Shown here in pieces: positions 9,185 through 19,209 of a DNA stretch of 53,392 bases (the stretch's first letter is position 1; every line of letters starts with the position of its first letter). Source of the stretch: Candidatus Didemnitutus sp. (lineage in GTDB: Bacteria > Bacteroidota > Ignavibacteria > Kapaibacteriales > Kapaibacteriaceae); assembly GCA_035299365.1 (NCBI GenBank), contig DATGWS010000268.1, positions 1 through 53,392 on the forward strand. The letters run 5' to 3'. Made by a program: the position numbers and the translations under genes. The notes under the pieces are model-generated. The model worked only from the letters and a program-made list of their open reading frames with translations. It searched no databases and was not told the origin of the DNA.

Positions 9185-11152
9185 ATGAGAACTCTCATGT
9201 ATGCCCTTGCAGCCTCTATTCTTTTTTGTGGCAGTGTGGTAAAGGGATGGGCTTCGCCGACCGATTCATCCGGCCGCATGGTTGTGAACGAAGGAACATT
9301 GTTCCGCGTGATCGGCATCCCGCCTGCGCTTGCGCCGGGAGAACTGGCAACGCCCCCTTTCCAGAAGCTCATTCTCACAAGTCGATACAACGCAACAGTT
9401 GTGGTCAATGGTAACCGCATCTCTTTGAAGGCGGACTCCATCGTTGTCCTGAACGCAGATGATGATGGACCGATCACGCTCGAAGGAGATCTGGCACCTT
9501 TCTCCGTCTACACGTATCAAGATCTCTACGGGAACGGGGAGATGGCCTATCACCTTCCATTTCATCCGGGATCAACGGAGTTCTTTCCGTTCTCGTGGTG
9601 GCAAGATTCCTACAGCGTAGAAGGCACAGCACGCACAACCATTGGTGCCAAGACCTATGTAGTGCCACTTACATCACAGGAGACGGTGGTACGCATCAAT
9701 AGGCACGGGAGTACACAAGACACAACGATACGTGTTGACGAATACCTCGAGATAGACGAACCGATCGTAGAGAATGGTACGCGAAACACCGTCACCGACC
9801 CAACGGGCTTCTCGATCACTGCTTCATTGCCTGTTTCGGTTGTGAGCGGACATCCCAAGGCAGCAGTTCTCCGATATCCGGACGGATTGCCGTACACAGG
9901 ACCATATGCACGTCCTGCCTCTCGGTCGCGAGGCAATCTCCATGATGCGATGCTTCCGTCGATGTATGCCGGTGTGACGTTTGTGACCGTTCCGTTGCTG
10001 TACACACCAACGCGTATTCGCGGTCTTGATATGACTGACCAAGGTATCGAAGATGATAGAGGTGATGTGGTTCGCTTTATCGGGCTCCATGATTCAACGC
10101 TGATCTACAAGCTTACCTCAACAGACACCGTGCTCATTGATACAATCCTTGGCCGTGGCGACACATGGTATTCGTCGCGAGTAGAGGTCCCATCCGTTTG
10201 GACCACCTCCCGTCCGGTGCTCTGCGCGCAATACGGCAAGTCCTACGGACGCATCACGTCACAAGCTACCGACCCGGCCGACGATCCGTCCGTGGATGCT
10301 GGTCAGCCCCTTCTTCAGGTGGTTCCCAACGTAGAGCGATGGACAGACCACAGTGTATTCCTCGCTCCGGAGGAGACATCGAACTTTCTCAATGTTGCCT
10401 GTCGCGTAGATGATGCGAATACGATCTTTGTTGATGGCCGTGCCATCGGCTCGGTGTTGCGCAGACACGACATCAGCGGCACGCCGTACACATCCTTCAG
10501 CGGACTTGTCTCGAGCGGTAGGCACATCATTACCACCACTTCGTCCGAGGCTCGCTTTGGTGCTTGGACGTATGGTTCGCTTGATGGACTCCAGCTGGGC
10601 AAGATCTACGGCTCCATGACGGGCATGGACTATGCAGTTGATTGTGACGATTCCCTGGTGGTTGATGTCACGGTTGTTGATGCAGACAGTGTTCGCATAA
10701 CCTATCGTGCAGAGCCGCAAAGTCTATCATGCGCAGACATCGCCTATGCCGTAGTTGAGCATATCACAGGGGGCTCCTACCGTTCCAACGGATCGGTGAT
10801 TATGATCCACCGTGATTCAACCTTTGCTGTTGACGGCAACGTTTTGGTTGTAGCACGCAGCGGTCGATTCGTTCGACGTTCATTCCACCTCGATGGGGTC
10901 ACGTCGGTTCACGAGCAGGTGCCATTCAACGCATCGATCAGACCGAATCCTGCACCGGATATCTGTCATATCGCTCGTGCCGATAACCAACTGCTCACAG
11001 GTACGGTGGAGATCCTCTCCGTTCTTGGATTGAGGATGATGAGCTTTGATGTACGTGGTGTACATGAGCTTGTTGTTGACGTACAGTCTCTCCCACCAGG
11101 TGCCTACATTGTATCAGGAGCCGGCCTCAACGGTGTGATTCTGCATCCATAG
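9185..11152 (+). CDS. Large secreted protein with T9SS C-terminal sorting domain (possibly IgGFc-binding-N-like core)
   Basis: It has a signal peptide. The C-terminus reads IRPNPAPD...LPPGAYIV. The central FGAWTYGS..YGSMTGMD region resembles IgGFc_binding-type domains (memory only). Confidence 0.6.
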   Translation: MRTLMYALAASILFCGSVVKGWASPTDSSGRMVVNEGTLFRVIGIPPALAPGELATPPFQKLILTSRYNATVVVNGNRISLKADSIVVLNADDDGPITLEGDLAPFSVYTYQDLYGNGEMAYHLPFHPGSTEFFPFSWWQDSYSVEGTARTTIGAKTYVVPLTSQETVVRINRHGSTQDTTIRVDEYLEIDEPIVENGTRNTVTDPTGFSITASLPVSVVSGHPKAAVLRYPDGLPYTGPYARPASRSRGNLHDAMLPSMYAGVTFVTVPLLYTPTRIRGLDMTDQGIEDDRGDVVRFIGLHDSTLIYKLTSTDTVLIDTILGRGDTWYSSRVEVPSVWTTSRPVLCAQYGKSYGRITSQATDPADDPSVDAGQPLLQVVPNVERWTDHSVFLAPEETSNFLNVACRVDDANTIFVDGRAIGSVLRRHDISGTPYTSFSGLVSSGRHIITTTSSEARFGAWTYGSLDGLQLGKIYGSMTGMDYAVDCDDSLVVDVTVVDADSVRITYRAEPQSLSCADIAYAVVEHITGGSYRSNGSVIMIHRDSTFAVDGNVLVVARSGRFVRRSFHLDGVTSVHEQVPFNASIRPNPAPDICHIARADNQLLTGTVEILSVLGLRMMSFDVRGVHELVVDVQSLPPGAYIVSGAGLNGVILHP

Positions 11153-11172
11153 GTTCGTCCGCAACTACCTTC

Positions 11173-12246
11173 ATGTCTCTTGGCTCCGTCCTCACCGCAC
11201 TCATTCCCGCTCTCGGCGGTTCCCTCACCACTGACCTCATCGCTCGCTATGAGCAGTCTCCTCAGTGGCGTGATGGTGAGTTTCGAAACGCAACACCTAC
11301 GGAACTTAACGTTCATCTCCGCGATGCGCCGGGCCTTCTCAAGGCCATGCTCGCCCGCAATACAAAGCGTGAGCCGTCCGGTGATCTGCCGGTTGTCCGC
11401 ATAGATCCCGCTTCACTACGTATACCGCCAACCGAACCTCGTCTCACCTGGTTCGGACACTCTGCAGTAATGCTCGAGATCAGCGGCATGTGCGTCCTGC
11501 TCGATCCGATGTTGGGTCGGGTGCCTGCCCCCTTCCCCTTCCTGGGAAGAAACAGATATAGCAAGGTTTTACCGATTGAAATAGATGATATGCCGGAGAT
11601 CGATGTTGTGGTGATATCTCATGATCACTACGATCATCTCGATCACGGCTCGGTGTTGAAGCTTCTTCCAAAGGTCAAACAGTGGGTTGTATGCCTTGGT
11701 GTTGCTCGACATCTCATTCGTTGGGGTGTATCACCATCGAACATCATTGAGCTGGATTGGCGTGAGGCTGTGCAGATCAAGGATGTGACGTTTACGTGTA
11801 CACCAGCCCGACATTTCTCCGGAAGGGGCTTCTGGGATCGTCACAAGTCGCTGTGGAGTTCGTGGGTGATCTCTTCACCGCAAGCACGCATCTTCTTCAA
11901 TGCGGACAGCGGATACGGTCCACACTTTGCAGAGATCGGTCATAGGTATGGACCGTTCGATCTTGCTCTTGTGGAATGCGGCCAATACAACGCCAAGTGG
12001 CAAGCGATACATATGATGCCCGAAGAGTCCGTTCAAGCAGCGATTGATCTACATGCTGGTGTTGCCATGCCTATTCATTGGGCAGCCTTCACGCTAGCTC
12101 TCCATCCATGGTTTGAACCCGTGGAGCGGTTTACTGCAGAGGCGCAACGTAAAGGGCTTCAAGTGACAACACCGCGCATCGGTGAGCCGGTTGTTATTCG
12201 AGCAGCAATGCCCACTACTCCGTGGTGGGTTGACGTTAGCGTGTGA
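11173..12246 (+). CDS. MBL-fold metallo-hydrolase (NAPE-PLD-like)
   Basis: It has the VVISHDHYDHLD (HxHxDH) motif and a downstream conserved His/Asp pattern. Confidence 0.8.
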   Translation: MSLGSVLTALIPALGGSLTTDLIARYEQSPQWRDGEFRNATPTELNVHLRDAPGLLKAMLARNTKREPSGDLPVVRIDPASLRIPPTEPRLTWFGHSAVMLEISGMCVLLDPMLGRVPAPFPFLGRNRYSKVLPIEIDDMPEIDVVVISHDHYDHLDHGSVLKLLPKVKQWVVCLGVARHLIRWGVSPSNIIELDWREAVQIKDVTFTCTPARHFSGRGFWDRHKSLWSSWVISSPQARIFFNADSGYGPHFAEIGHRYGPFDLALVECGQYNAKWQAIHMMPEESVQAAIDLHAGVAMPIHWAAFTLALHPWFEPVERFTAEAQRKGLQVTTPRIGEPVVIRAAMPTTPWWVDVSV

Positions 12247-12901
12247 TCTTGATGATTCGACTCATTGTTGTTCGTTCTGGAATGTTGGTTGTTGAGGGAG
12301 TGTACCAAGATTCCCTTTGGATCAAGCCAACACGAGGGGCATACCAGTAAAATTCGCGTGGCATCAACTCCATAGATGCGCCTTCTCTCGTGAACCACTC
12401 GTGAACGTACGAGGCGCACCGAAACGAACCGGCAGGTGTTGTAATCACCGTATCTGCTGTTACAGTCCGTATACGCAGATAGATAGTTCTGAGGGCCTGA
12501 CCTGATTCATTGGTCAATATCATTGAGTCAACTCGATCCCAAGATTCGCCTCTGGACGTTGGGTAATATCCTTGAACTCTCCAGTTCGAATTCCCCGTTT
12601 CTAACCGAACGGCAAGCGTTCTACCCCACTGTCCTTTTGGGAGATGATTAGTCCATTCTTCAATGGTTGTATCTGCGTTCTTGAACGTGCGGAGAAACTC
12701 CTGGGTCGTTGTATCCAAATCAGTCTCCTCCGGATCCACGCTCGTGGACTCCCACGTCATTGTATTGCCCGCCACCCATGAGAATGAGTTGGTATTGACA
12801 ATGTCTTCATCAACCGGGACCGGATCCGTTGTGCACGAAGACAGAAGTGCCATGACCAGAATGATCAGTAAATAACGAGGCGATGATTGGTGAGTACCCA
12901 T
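12236..12901 (-). CDS. Hypothetical lipoprotein
   Basis: The ATG at 12901 gives MGTHQSSPRYLLIILVMALLSSC with a lipobox Cys. The 3' end overlaps the convergent MBL gene by 11 nt. Confidence 0.55.
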   Translation of the reverse strand: MGTHQSSPRYLLIILVMALLSSCTTDPVPVDEDIVNTNSFSWVAGNTMTWESTSVDPEETDLDTTTQEFLRTFKNADTTIEEWTNHLPKGQWGRTLAVRLETGNSNWRVQGYYPTSRGESWDRVDSMILTNESGQALRTIYLRIRTVTADTVITTPAGSFRCASYVHEWFTREGASMELMPREFYWYAPRVGLIQRESWYTPSTTNIPERTTMSRIIKITR

Positions 12902-12952
12902 TGTCAAACATAAAGAAAGCAACCATCCACCACTACAACCCGATAGTTATCC

Positions 12953-14644
12953 TTAGGGGGCAAGCAGAGTAACGATGATTGAACCACCGAGAGCAAGGAG
13001 GATACTGCCTAAGGCATACGTAACACCATAGCCGAGAGTAGGAACCTTACTCTGTGCTGCTTCTTGCACTGCTGCTAGTCCTGGGGCAGATGTGCCGGCT
13101 CCTGCACAGATACCAAGCAACACGCCTGGGTGCACCTTAAACACATACCGACCGATCAAGATCGTAACAAGGTGCGGAACGATCGTCACAGCGACGCTTC
13201 CCACAAGAAGCGCGATGCCGGATTGTTGAATCGAAGTAATGAAACTATAGCCAGCTCCAAGAGCTGTAACTGCGACGAATCCGGTCAACCCAACAGAATC
13301 AAAGAACCAGAGTACCGAGTCGGATATACGTGCACGTTTTGGATGTGTCGAATTCCACCATCCAAGGAATAGACCTCCAATAAGTATTCCAACACTCACA
13401 CCGAGTCCAACATTGATCCCGGCGATATGCATGGCGGGAAGTCCGATGAGTCCGCCCAGGACGATTGTCAAACAAACCACGACCATATCTGTTGCAACGG
13501 ATGTCTCCTTGATCGTACCAAGGAGTCGGGCAACTCCATCAACAGCCTGGGCTCTTCCTGATATCGTAAGCACATCTCCTAACAACAGTTGTGATGACAT
13601 CGCAATAGGTAGGAGCTGACCGGCACGTTCATGCGCTGCGAGGAACACTCCACGCGCGCGCGTTTCTTTGGCCAGCTCACCGAGTTGCCTACCGCTATAG
13701 GTTGTTGACGCAACTACAACGCACACTTGTCGTGTAGGAATATCCAAAAGCCTTTGATTGCTGACTTCGCTCTGTACGAGGGGGTTTGCTGCACTCACCA
13801 GTACTTCGTCGCGTCCTGATAGTCCAACGAGATCACCCTCATGGAGTATAATCGTTGGTTGTGCATCAAACTGCACGCCATCAGCGATCACACGTTCAAC
13901 AAAGACTCTGCCTTCAATGTATCGTGCTTCGAGATCGGCAACGGTGATGCCCGACATGGAGAGGGGTATTTTATACCCACGCATGACGATTGCACGATAG
14001 GCTGACTCTTCTTCTCGATTTGCAGACATAACTCCCATCTCGTCTTCGAGGGCATTGCAATCACGAGAAAGATCTGAACGCATGATCACCGGGCCAACAC
14101 GCGAGAGAAACCACGTGGTAATCAACACACCAATAAGGTAGCTCGCTGCAAAAGCACTCGTCATGCTCGTTAACAGTGCTTGCTTCTCAGATTCGGCAAG
14201 GTGCATTTTTGCAACCACATCACCAGCAACACCAAGCGCAGCAGAGGCGGTTAGTGCGCCGGAATAGAGACCTGCACCAGTTCCGGCATCAAATCCAAAG
14301 ATGATGGTGCACAGATAGGCCATGGTTAATGCCACACCAAAGAAGATCACTGTTAGTCCGATCTGCACAGCGCCACTTGTGCGGAGACCGTGGACGAACT
14401 GAGGACCACATTTGAAACCGATGGCAAACAGGAAGAGGTAGAAGGAGATCCACTTCACCTCATTGGCAATGGAAATACCTACCTGCCCTATAACAAGTCC
14501 AACAACAAGAACGCCGAGAACCGCACCGATGGGTTGTCCGCCAACCCTGATCTTGCCCACAAGGTATCCTCCTCCGAGTGTAAGAAAGAAGGCTAGCTCT
14601 GGGGTAGAGCGGAGAATATCCATGAGGTTATCGAGAATGAACAT
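12953..14644 (-). CDS. AAE-family transporter (AspT/YidE/YbjL-like) with central TrkA-C/RCK_C domains
   Basis: 563 aa with two hydrophobic halves separated by a soluble segment of about 170 aa. The N-terminal LGGGYLVGKIRVGG motif is typical of the family. Confidence 0.7.
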   Translation of the reverse strand: MFILDNLMDILRSTPELAFFLTLGGGYLVGKIRVGGQPIGAVLGVLVVGLVIGQVGISIANEVKWISFYLFLFAIGFKCGPQFVHGLRTSGAVQIGLTVIFFGVALTMAYLCTIIFGFDAGTGAGLYSGALTASAALGVAGDVVAKMHLAESEKQALLTSMTSAFAASYLIGVLITTWFLSRVGPVIMRSDLSRDCNALEDEMGVMSANREEESAYRAIVMRGYKIPLSMSGITVADLEARYIEGRVFVERVIADGVQFDAQPTIILHEGDLVGLSGRDEVLVSAANPLVQSEVSNQRLLDIPTRQVCVVVASTTYSGRQLGELAKETRARGVFLAAHERAGQLLPIAMSSQLLLGDVLTISGRAQAVDGVARLLGTIKETSVATDMVVVCLTIVLGGLIGLPAMHIAGINVGLGVSVGILIGGLFLGWWNSTHPKRARISDSVLWFFDSVGLTGFVAVTALGAGYSFITSIQQSGIALLVGSVAVTIVPHLVTILIGRYVFKVHPGVLLGICAGAGTSAPGLAAVQEAAQSKVPTLGYGVTYALGSILLALGGSIIVTLLAP

Positions 14645-14655
14645 CAGGTTGAATC

Positions 14656-15720
14656 TCAGTAGGTATCAAAGATCTTTTGGATAGTCAACGGCTCGTTCGT
14701 CTTCAGCAATGCAAGCATCAGAAGAACGCGCGCCTTGGCCGGAAGGAGTTCGCCAGCCGCTACGAAGCCATACTTGTCATCGTCCACTTCGGAATTGCGC
14801 CACGTATGACCTGATGGTACACGTGAGGAACGTACAACAACAACGCCTGACTTTGCAGCTCGGGACAGCGCTTCGAGTGCGGGCGTGGTCATGTTTCCAT
14901 CACCAACACCAGCGATGATAAGCCCCTTAGCACCATTCTTAACAGCAGCATCGATGAGATCGGGTGACATGTTGGCATGTGCATAGATCACGTCTACGCG
15001 CGGGAAAGCCGTAACACCGTCGATGGTGAATTCTGATGACGTGGTGTTCTTGCGGAAGGGGTAGCGGAAGAAGCTTTGTTTACCGTAGAGGGTTGTGCCG
15101 ATGAGGCCGTATTGGGGCGACTCAAACGTTTGCACAGAGGTGGTGTTTGTCTTGGTGATCTCTCGTCCGCCATGAATGTTATCGTTCACTGCAACAAGAA
15201 CGCCACGTCCGCGAGAGCCTGTATCACCGGCAACGGCTACAGCATTGTAGATGTTGAGTGGACCGTCTGCGCTGAGTGCTGTTGACGGACGCATCGAACC
15301 GGTGAGGACAACCGGTTTACGGCCCTTCACAACAAGTTGGAGGAAGTAGGCCGTTTCTTCCATCGTATCTGTGCCGTGAGTGATGACGATACCATCAACG
15401 GTATCGGCCTTGAGGATATCATTGACGCGTTTGGCGAGTTTCAGCCACACCTCATTGTTCATGTCCTGACTACCGATGCTGGCAACCTGCTCGCCGGAGA
15501 TGCGAGCGATCTTTGTGAGGCCCGGTACGGCCTTGATGAGCACATCAACCGTAACAGCACCGGAGGTGTACCCAACCGATGTTTGACTCTCTGCTGAACC
15601 GGCGATAGTGCCACCCGTTGCCAGAATCATCACGTGCGGAAGTTTCGTTGTTTGTCCAAGTAGAGGTGTTGCATGTATGGACAGGACTAGGGCCAACGAA
15701 ACGAGTAGTGTATTCTTCAT
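14656..15720 (-). CDS. ansB: Periplasmic type II L-asparaginase
   Basis: A signal peptide is followed by ILATGGTIAG and HGTDTMEETA. Confidence 0.9.
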   Translation of the reverse strand: MKNTLLVSLALVLSIHATPLLGQTTKLPHVMILATGGTIAGSAESQTSVGYTSGAVTVDVLIKAVPGLTKIARISGEQVASIGSQDMNNEVWLKLAKRVNDILKADTVDGIVITHGTDTMEETAYFLQLVVKGRKPVVLTGSMRPSTALSADGPLNIYNAVAVAGDTGSRGRGVLVAVNDNIHGGREITKTNTTSVQTFESPQYGLIGTTLYGKQSFFRYPFRKNTTSSEFTIDGVTAFPRVDVIYAHANMSPDLIDAAVKNGAKGLIIAGVGDGNMTTPALEALSRAAKSGVVVVRSSRVPSGHTWRNSEVDDDKYGFVAAGELLPAKARVLLMLALLKTNEPLTIQKIFDTY

Positions 15721-15740
15721 GGTCTGATTTCCTTAGTGAA

Positions 15741-17045
15741 TTAGAAGTCGAAGAACATTCCAAAGCTGATCCGGTGGGCCGGACGAGACTGATCGATAGA
15801 TGTGACCACTTCGGTTGGTGTAGTGATGGATCCATCATGTGTGGACCGCTTGTATCCATAGTTGTACTCGAGACCGAGAATGAGATTCGGCACAGGATCG
15901 AACATGAGGTTTACGAGTCCATAGAGCATGTCGAGTGAGACCTTACTATCAATCGCTGTGTATCCCGGACCCGGGATCTCGTACCCAGCTATCTCTGCAG
16001 TTCTGAAGAGCGAGAATCCGCCAATGAGGTTGAAGTGCCATTTCTTGGAGAGGTAGTGTTCATAGGCAGCCCAGCCGCCAAAGGTTGGGATGGTCTCGAT
16101 CTCGCCTTTCGCATTCGGTGCTGCATCGAAGTTGTATCCGCCGAATGAGGCGAGATACGTACCGATGCCGGCACCACCAACGAACTGGAACTGCAAGGTA
16201 TTCGGTAACACTGAACTTGTTTTGATAAGACCGGAGACAGTAGCCCCATATCCCGGAACAGATCGAATATCTGTTCCACTGGTGTAGGTAAGGTTGCGGA
16301 AGATAGCTGTAGCGCGTAGGTGACCAAAGGATGTGGTTTGTTTCCACGCTGCAATGAAGTCGGGCAACCGTTGTGATGCGGATGAGATCGTTGGATCTAT
16401 ATCGCTACTCGAATACACTTCTGCCCCCGGAGAACCCAGACCTATATCAAAGCGAGAGTGTTCCGCCACATCAAAGTAGAACTTCAGTTCAGGTGCTCTG
16501 CGCCAAACGCCTGACGGAGGACCGTCCCAATCGAGCACATTCGGCCAGATGTCTTTGTCGCCAAAGAAGCTCCAGTCTTGACCGAAGTGAATGAACTTGA
16601 AGTCCACCCATGCATGGCGGAGTCGGAAGTGTTTACTTCCGCCCCAGAAATCGCCTTCGACATATCCGATCAGCGTACCCGCTTCTGTTTCACGTTGGCC
16701 GCGGAATCGGATCTGCGTTTGATGCATATCCATCCAGAAGCGGTTCTCATTGTTGGTGCCCCACACATCGATCTGTCCAACATTGAACGTTTCGTAGTTC
16801 TGGAGTCCACCACTGATGTCATAGACACCATTCAGTTTGGCCTTCACAAGCAGAAAGAAATCGAACGCCGGTTTTCCATTGATGGAGTCGTTCGATAGCA
16901 ATCTGAGATTAGGGGGCGTAACGAATGAGACCTCGTTCCCAAAAGTCTTGCCCGTTGTTTGGGCAGTCAGCGTGGACGTGGCAACGGTCATCACCGCTGC
17001 GATACTCATCGTCCACAAGAAGAGTCGTACCAGTGAAGTCCTCAT
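15741..17045 (-). CDS. Outer-membrane porin-like beta-barrel
   Basis: The signal peptide starts at the ATG 17045 (MRTSLVRLFLWTMSIAAVMTVATSTLTAQ). The sequence has an amphipathic beta pattern and a C-terminal FGMFFDF with a terminal Phe. Confidence 0.65.
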   Translation of the reverse strand: MRTSLVRLFLWTMSIAAVMTVATSTLTAQTTGKTFGNEVSFVTPPNLRLLSNDSINGKPAFDFFLLVKAKLNGVYDISGGLQNYETFNVGQIDVWGTNNENRFWMDMHQTQIRFRGQRETEAGTLIGYVEGDFWGGSKHFRLRHAWVDFKFIHFGQDWSFFGDKDIWPNVLDWDGPPSGVWRRAPELKFYFDVAEHSRFDIGLGSPGAEVYSSSDIDPTISSASQRLPDFIAAWKQTTSFGHLRATAIFRNLTYTSGTDIRSVPGYGATVSGLIKTSSVLPNTLQFQFVGGAGIGTYLASFGGYNFDAAPNAKGEIETIPTFGGWAAYEHYLSKKWHFNLIGGFSLFRTAEIAGYEIPGPGYTAIDSKVSLDMLYGLVNLMFDPVPNLILGLEYNYGYKRSTHDGSITTPTEVVTSIDQSRPAHRISFGMFFDF

Positions 17046-17200
17046 TCCAAGCCTCACGCAGTGATTTCACACACAGCAACCTAGCCCACGCGGCATTTGC
17101 CTTCTATGATGAATATCATGCTCAGCCCCTTATCCTTACGGGGCAACGTCTGTGATCCACGTCACTGTGCGAAGGTACTACGAAATGCTACTTTCGCATT

Positions 17201-17557
17201 ATGAAGACCCTCCTCATACTCAACCGCCCACCGTATGACGCAACGGACATTACGTGGAATGCCCTTCGTCTTGCCGGTACCCTCCGCGACCAAGGAAACA
17301 CCGTCAGACTCTTCCTCATGAATGACGCCGTTGATCTTGCCAGAAATTCCTGTGTGATGCCCCCGAGTTATGACCAAGACCTCGTTGGAATGGTCAAGTC
17401 TCTCATCGCCACCGGCGTAGAGGTGAAGGTCTGCGGCACATGTATGGCTCGGTGCGGGATGTACCGCAATGAACCCTATTACGAAGGGGCTCAGAGATCC
17501 ACGATGGCCGAGCTTGGTGAATGGGTGGTCTCGAGTGATAAGGTATTGACGTTCTGA
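17201..17557 (+). CDS. DsrE/DsrF-like family protein
   Basis: 118 aa. The sequence MKTLLILNRPPYD...VKVCGTCMARG...ELGEWVVSSDKVLTF matches the DsrE-like family end to end. Confidence 0.8.
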   Translation: MKTLLILNRPPYDATDITWNALRLAGTLRDQGNTVRLFLMNDAVDLARNSCVMPPSYDQDLVGMVKSLIATGVEVKVCGTCMARCGMYRNEPYYEGAQRSTMAELGEWVVSSDKVLTF

Positions 17558-18618
17558 AGAAGGCCCTTGCCATAGGCACGCACATCAAACAATCCTGTCC
17601 GCTCATAATGGCCAAGATCGATCCCATCATCATCGTGAAGTCTGTGGCGTAGGAAGCTCCGCAGAACGGCAACAGAACCCGGGTGACGGGTGGCACGCGC
17701 CACGATATCAACGCAGTTCTCGTAGGCGAGGAAACTCGTGATATCCGAGAGGCTGCTAAAGACAGGGCGATCTCCACCGGCCCAGCGGAGTTCTGCATCA
17801 AAGGCTGGATCCGTAAGATCGGCATGCACGTATTGTATGCTGATCTCATTGAGTCGACTCTTGACCTTATGCAGCACATCCGTTCTGAACGACACCGGAA
17901 GGTATTGCGGCAGCATGCCTCGTAGATGTCCGGCAAAGATGAGGTGAGCCGTAGGATTCTGTCCGATGGTTCTATCTCGGATGCCCTTCTGGATCGAGAG
18001 TGCAATGCGACGATATTGAGCCCCTTCTCCAACAAAGGCCAGGTCTTTGTTCCCTGTTACGCGATAGGCAAAGGGCGTGGTAATGAACCATAGAAGGATA
18101 CTGAGTCTCCGATGCGGAAAGCGTTTTGGCAGGTCGGGCGGCATACCCTCGTTCACCCACAGTGTGAACACGCTGCCCAGCCAGAGTCGAAGAGACGGTC
18201 GTATGGCATGGAGCCATTTTTCAAGCGCGCCCAGATTGACGAATCCGTGATCGGGGACAAGGGAGCACGGTCGTGGGTTCTCATTGGACGGGATAGGGCT
18301 GAGGGCCTTTTCTCCTACAGCAGTACAGACCCTGCCAAACAGCCACCGTCTTCGATCCGCAGATGCATGCAAGAACCCATTGAGTTCAAGATATTCATGC
18401 ACGCTCAGGGCCCGCAGCGATTCGATCTTTGCCTTTGCCAGCTGCAGAGCGTGAGGGTTGTAGTCCACAATGATCACTTTGTGTATCTGGGGCGCATCCA
18501 AAAGAGCGATGAGCCTCTCTCCGCTACCGGCCACTGTCAGAAGTGTCTCGCCAGTCCATGTCGACAGCAATTCTCGTTCAGGAGTGCTGTCTTCGTTGAA
18601 ATGACTGTACCAGATCAT
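17491..18618 (-). CDS. DUF3419 / BtaA-like SAM-dependent enzyme
   Basis: It has the N-terminal WYSHFNED..E signature and the length typical of DUF3419. The ATG at 18618 is preferred over the GTG at 18624. Confidence 0.6.
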   Translation of the reverse strand: MIWYSHFNEDSTPERELLSTWTGETLLTVAGSGERLIALLDAPQIHKVIIVDYNPHALQLAKAKIESLRALSVHEYLELNGFLHASADRRRWLFGRVCTAVGEKALSPIPSNENPRPCSLVPDHGFVNLGALEKWLHAIRPSLRLWLGSVFTLWVNEGMPPDLPKRFPHRRLSILLWFITTPFAYRVTGNKDLAFVGEGAQYRRIALSIQKGIRDRTIGQNPTAHLIFAGHLRGMLPQYLPVSFRTDVLHKVKSRLNEISIQYVHADLTDPAFDAELRWAGGDRPVFSSLSDITSFLAYENCVDIVARATRHPGSVAVLRSFLRHRLHDDDGIDLGHYERTGLFDVRAYGKGLLQNVNTLSLETTHSPSSAIVDL

Positions 18619-18790
18619 AACCACCTCAGATCTGTTGGTAACAGTTCAACAACCTGTTTGCCAACTTAGCTGGAATTCCGGCAGATTGTTCCCACCCTGC
18701 CTACGGTCTTGTTGCACCGTCTCATCGTCAGGGGGCATATTTTCTCGATCAATGAATTTCCGATGAAGCGTCAGATATTATGCTTCTCAG

Positions 18791-18798
18791 TATATTTG
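18791..18798 (+). promoter_or_regulatory. Candidate Bacteroidetes-type -7 box (TAnnTTTG) for tRNA-Phe
   Basis: TATATTTG ends 10 nt before the first tRNA nucleotide. Confidence 0.5.
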
Positions 18799-18808
18799 TA
18801 GCCCTTCT

Positions 18809-18881
18809 GGTCAGGTAGCTCAGTTGGTAGAGCAATGGACTGAAAATCCATGTGTCGGGGGTTCAACTCCCTCCCTGACCA
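18809..18881 (+). tRNA. tRNA-Phe (anticodon GAA)
   Basis: A manual cloverleaf fits. The acceptor stem is GGTCAGG/CCTGACC and the D-arm is GCTC-AGTTGGTA-GAGC. The anticodon stem ATGGA/TCCAT carries the loop CTGAAAA. The variable loop is 5 nt. The T-arm is GGGGG-TTCAACT-CCCTC. The discriminator is A, and the 3' CCA is not encoded. Confidence 0.95.
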
Positions 18882-18895
18882 CCCAGATAAATGCT

Positions 18896-18930
18896 AAGCC
18901 CCTTGTAGGTCAATGACTTGCAAGGGGCTT
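18896..18930. terminator. Hairpin between tRNA-Phe and the convergent flotillin operon (possible bidirectional terminator)
   Basis: AAGCCCCTTG-15 nt-CAAGGGGCTT forms a perfect 10-bp stem. The T-tract is weak on both strands. Confidence 0.5.
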
Positions 18931-18969
18931 TGTGCATGTGGGGGACATTCTGGGGTGACTTTGTCTAGG

Positions 18970-19209
18970 TTAGTTGAGGTCGTTTTGACATTTGTGCCAC
19001 GACCAGGATTTAACTTCTGTAGGATCGAACCAGGTGTCTGCGTCCTTGTAGAGATCAATGTCTGCTGTACAACACCAATCGGTTGTGAAACTGATCCTGA
19101 TCTTCAGACGTTCGATCTTAGGATCAGCGGAAGGTATCAAGTCCAAGATGTCGATGGATTCTGGCTTCCAAATTGGTCGAGATACTTCCAGATCCCTACG
19201 CTGGTTCAT
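18970..19209 (-). CDS. Small Trp-rich hypothetical protein downstream of flotillin (tentative)
   Basis: The ORF has its ATG at 19209 and overlaps the flotillin stop by 14 nt. It ends 40 nt before the hairpin at 18930. I recognise no family. Confidence 0.35.
   Translation of the reverse strand: MNQRRDLEVSRPIWKPESIDILDLIPSADPKIERLKIRISFTTDWCCTADIDLYKDADTWFDPTEVKSWSWHKCQNDLN

Noticed and set aside
17403-18035. 210-aa minus-strand ORF overlapping the DUF3419 gene in another frame
   Set aside because: It is an alternative frame of a better-supported longer ORF, with Arg/Ser/Cys-rich composition.
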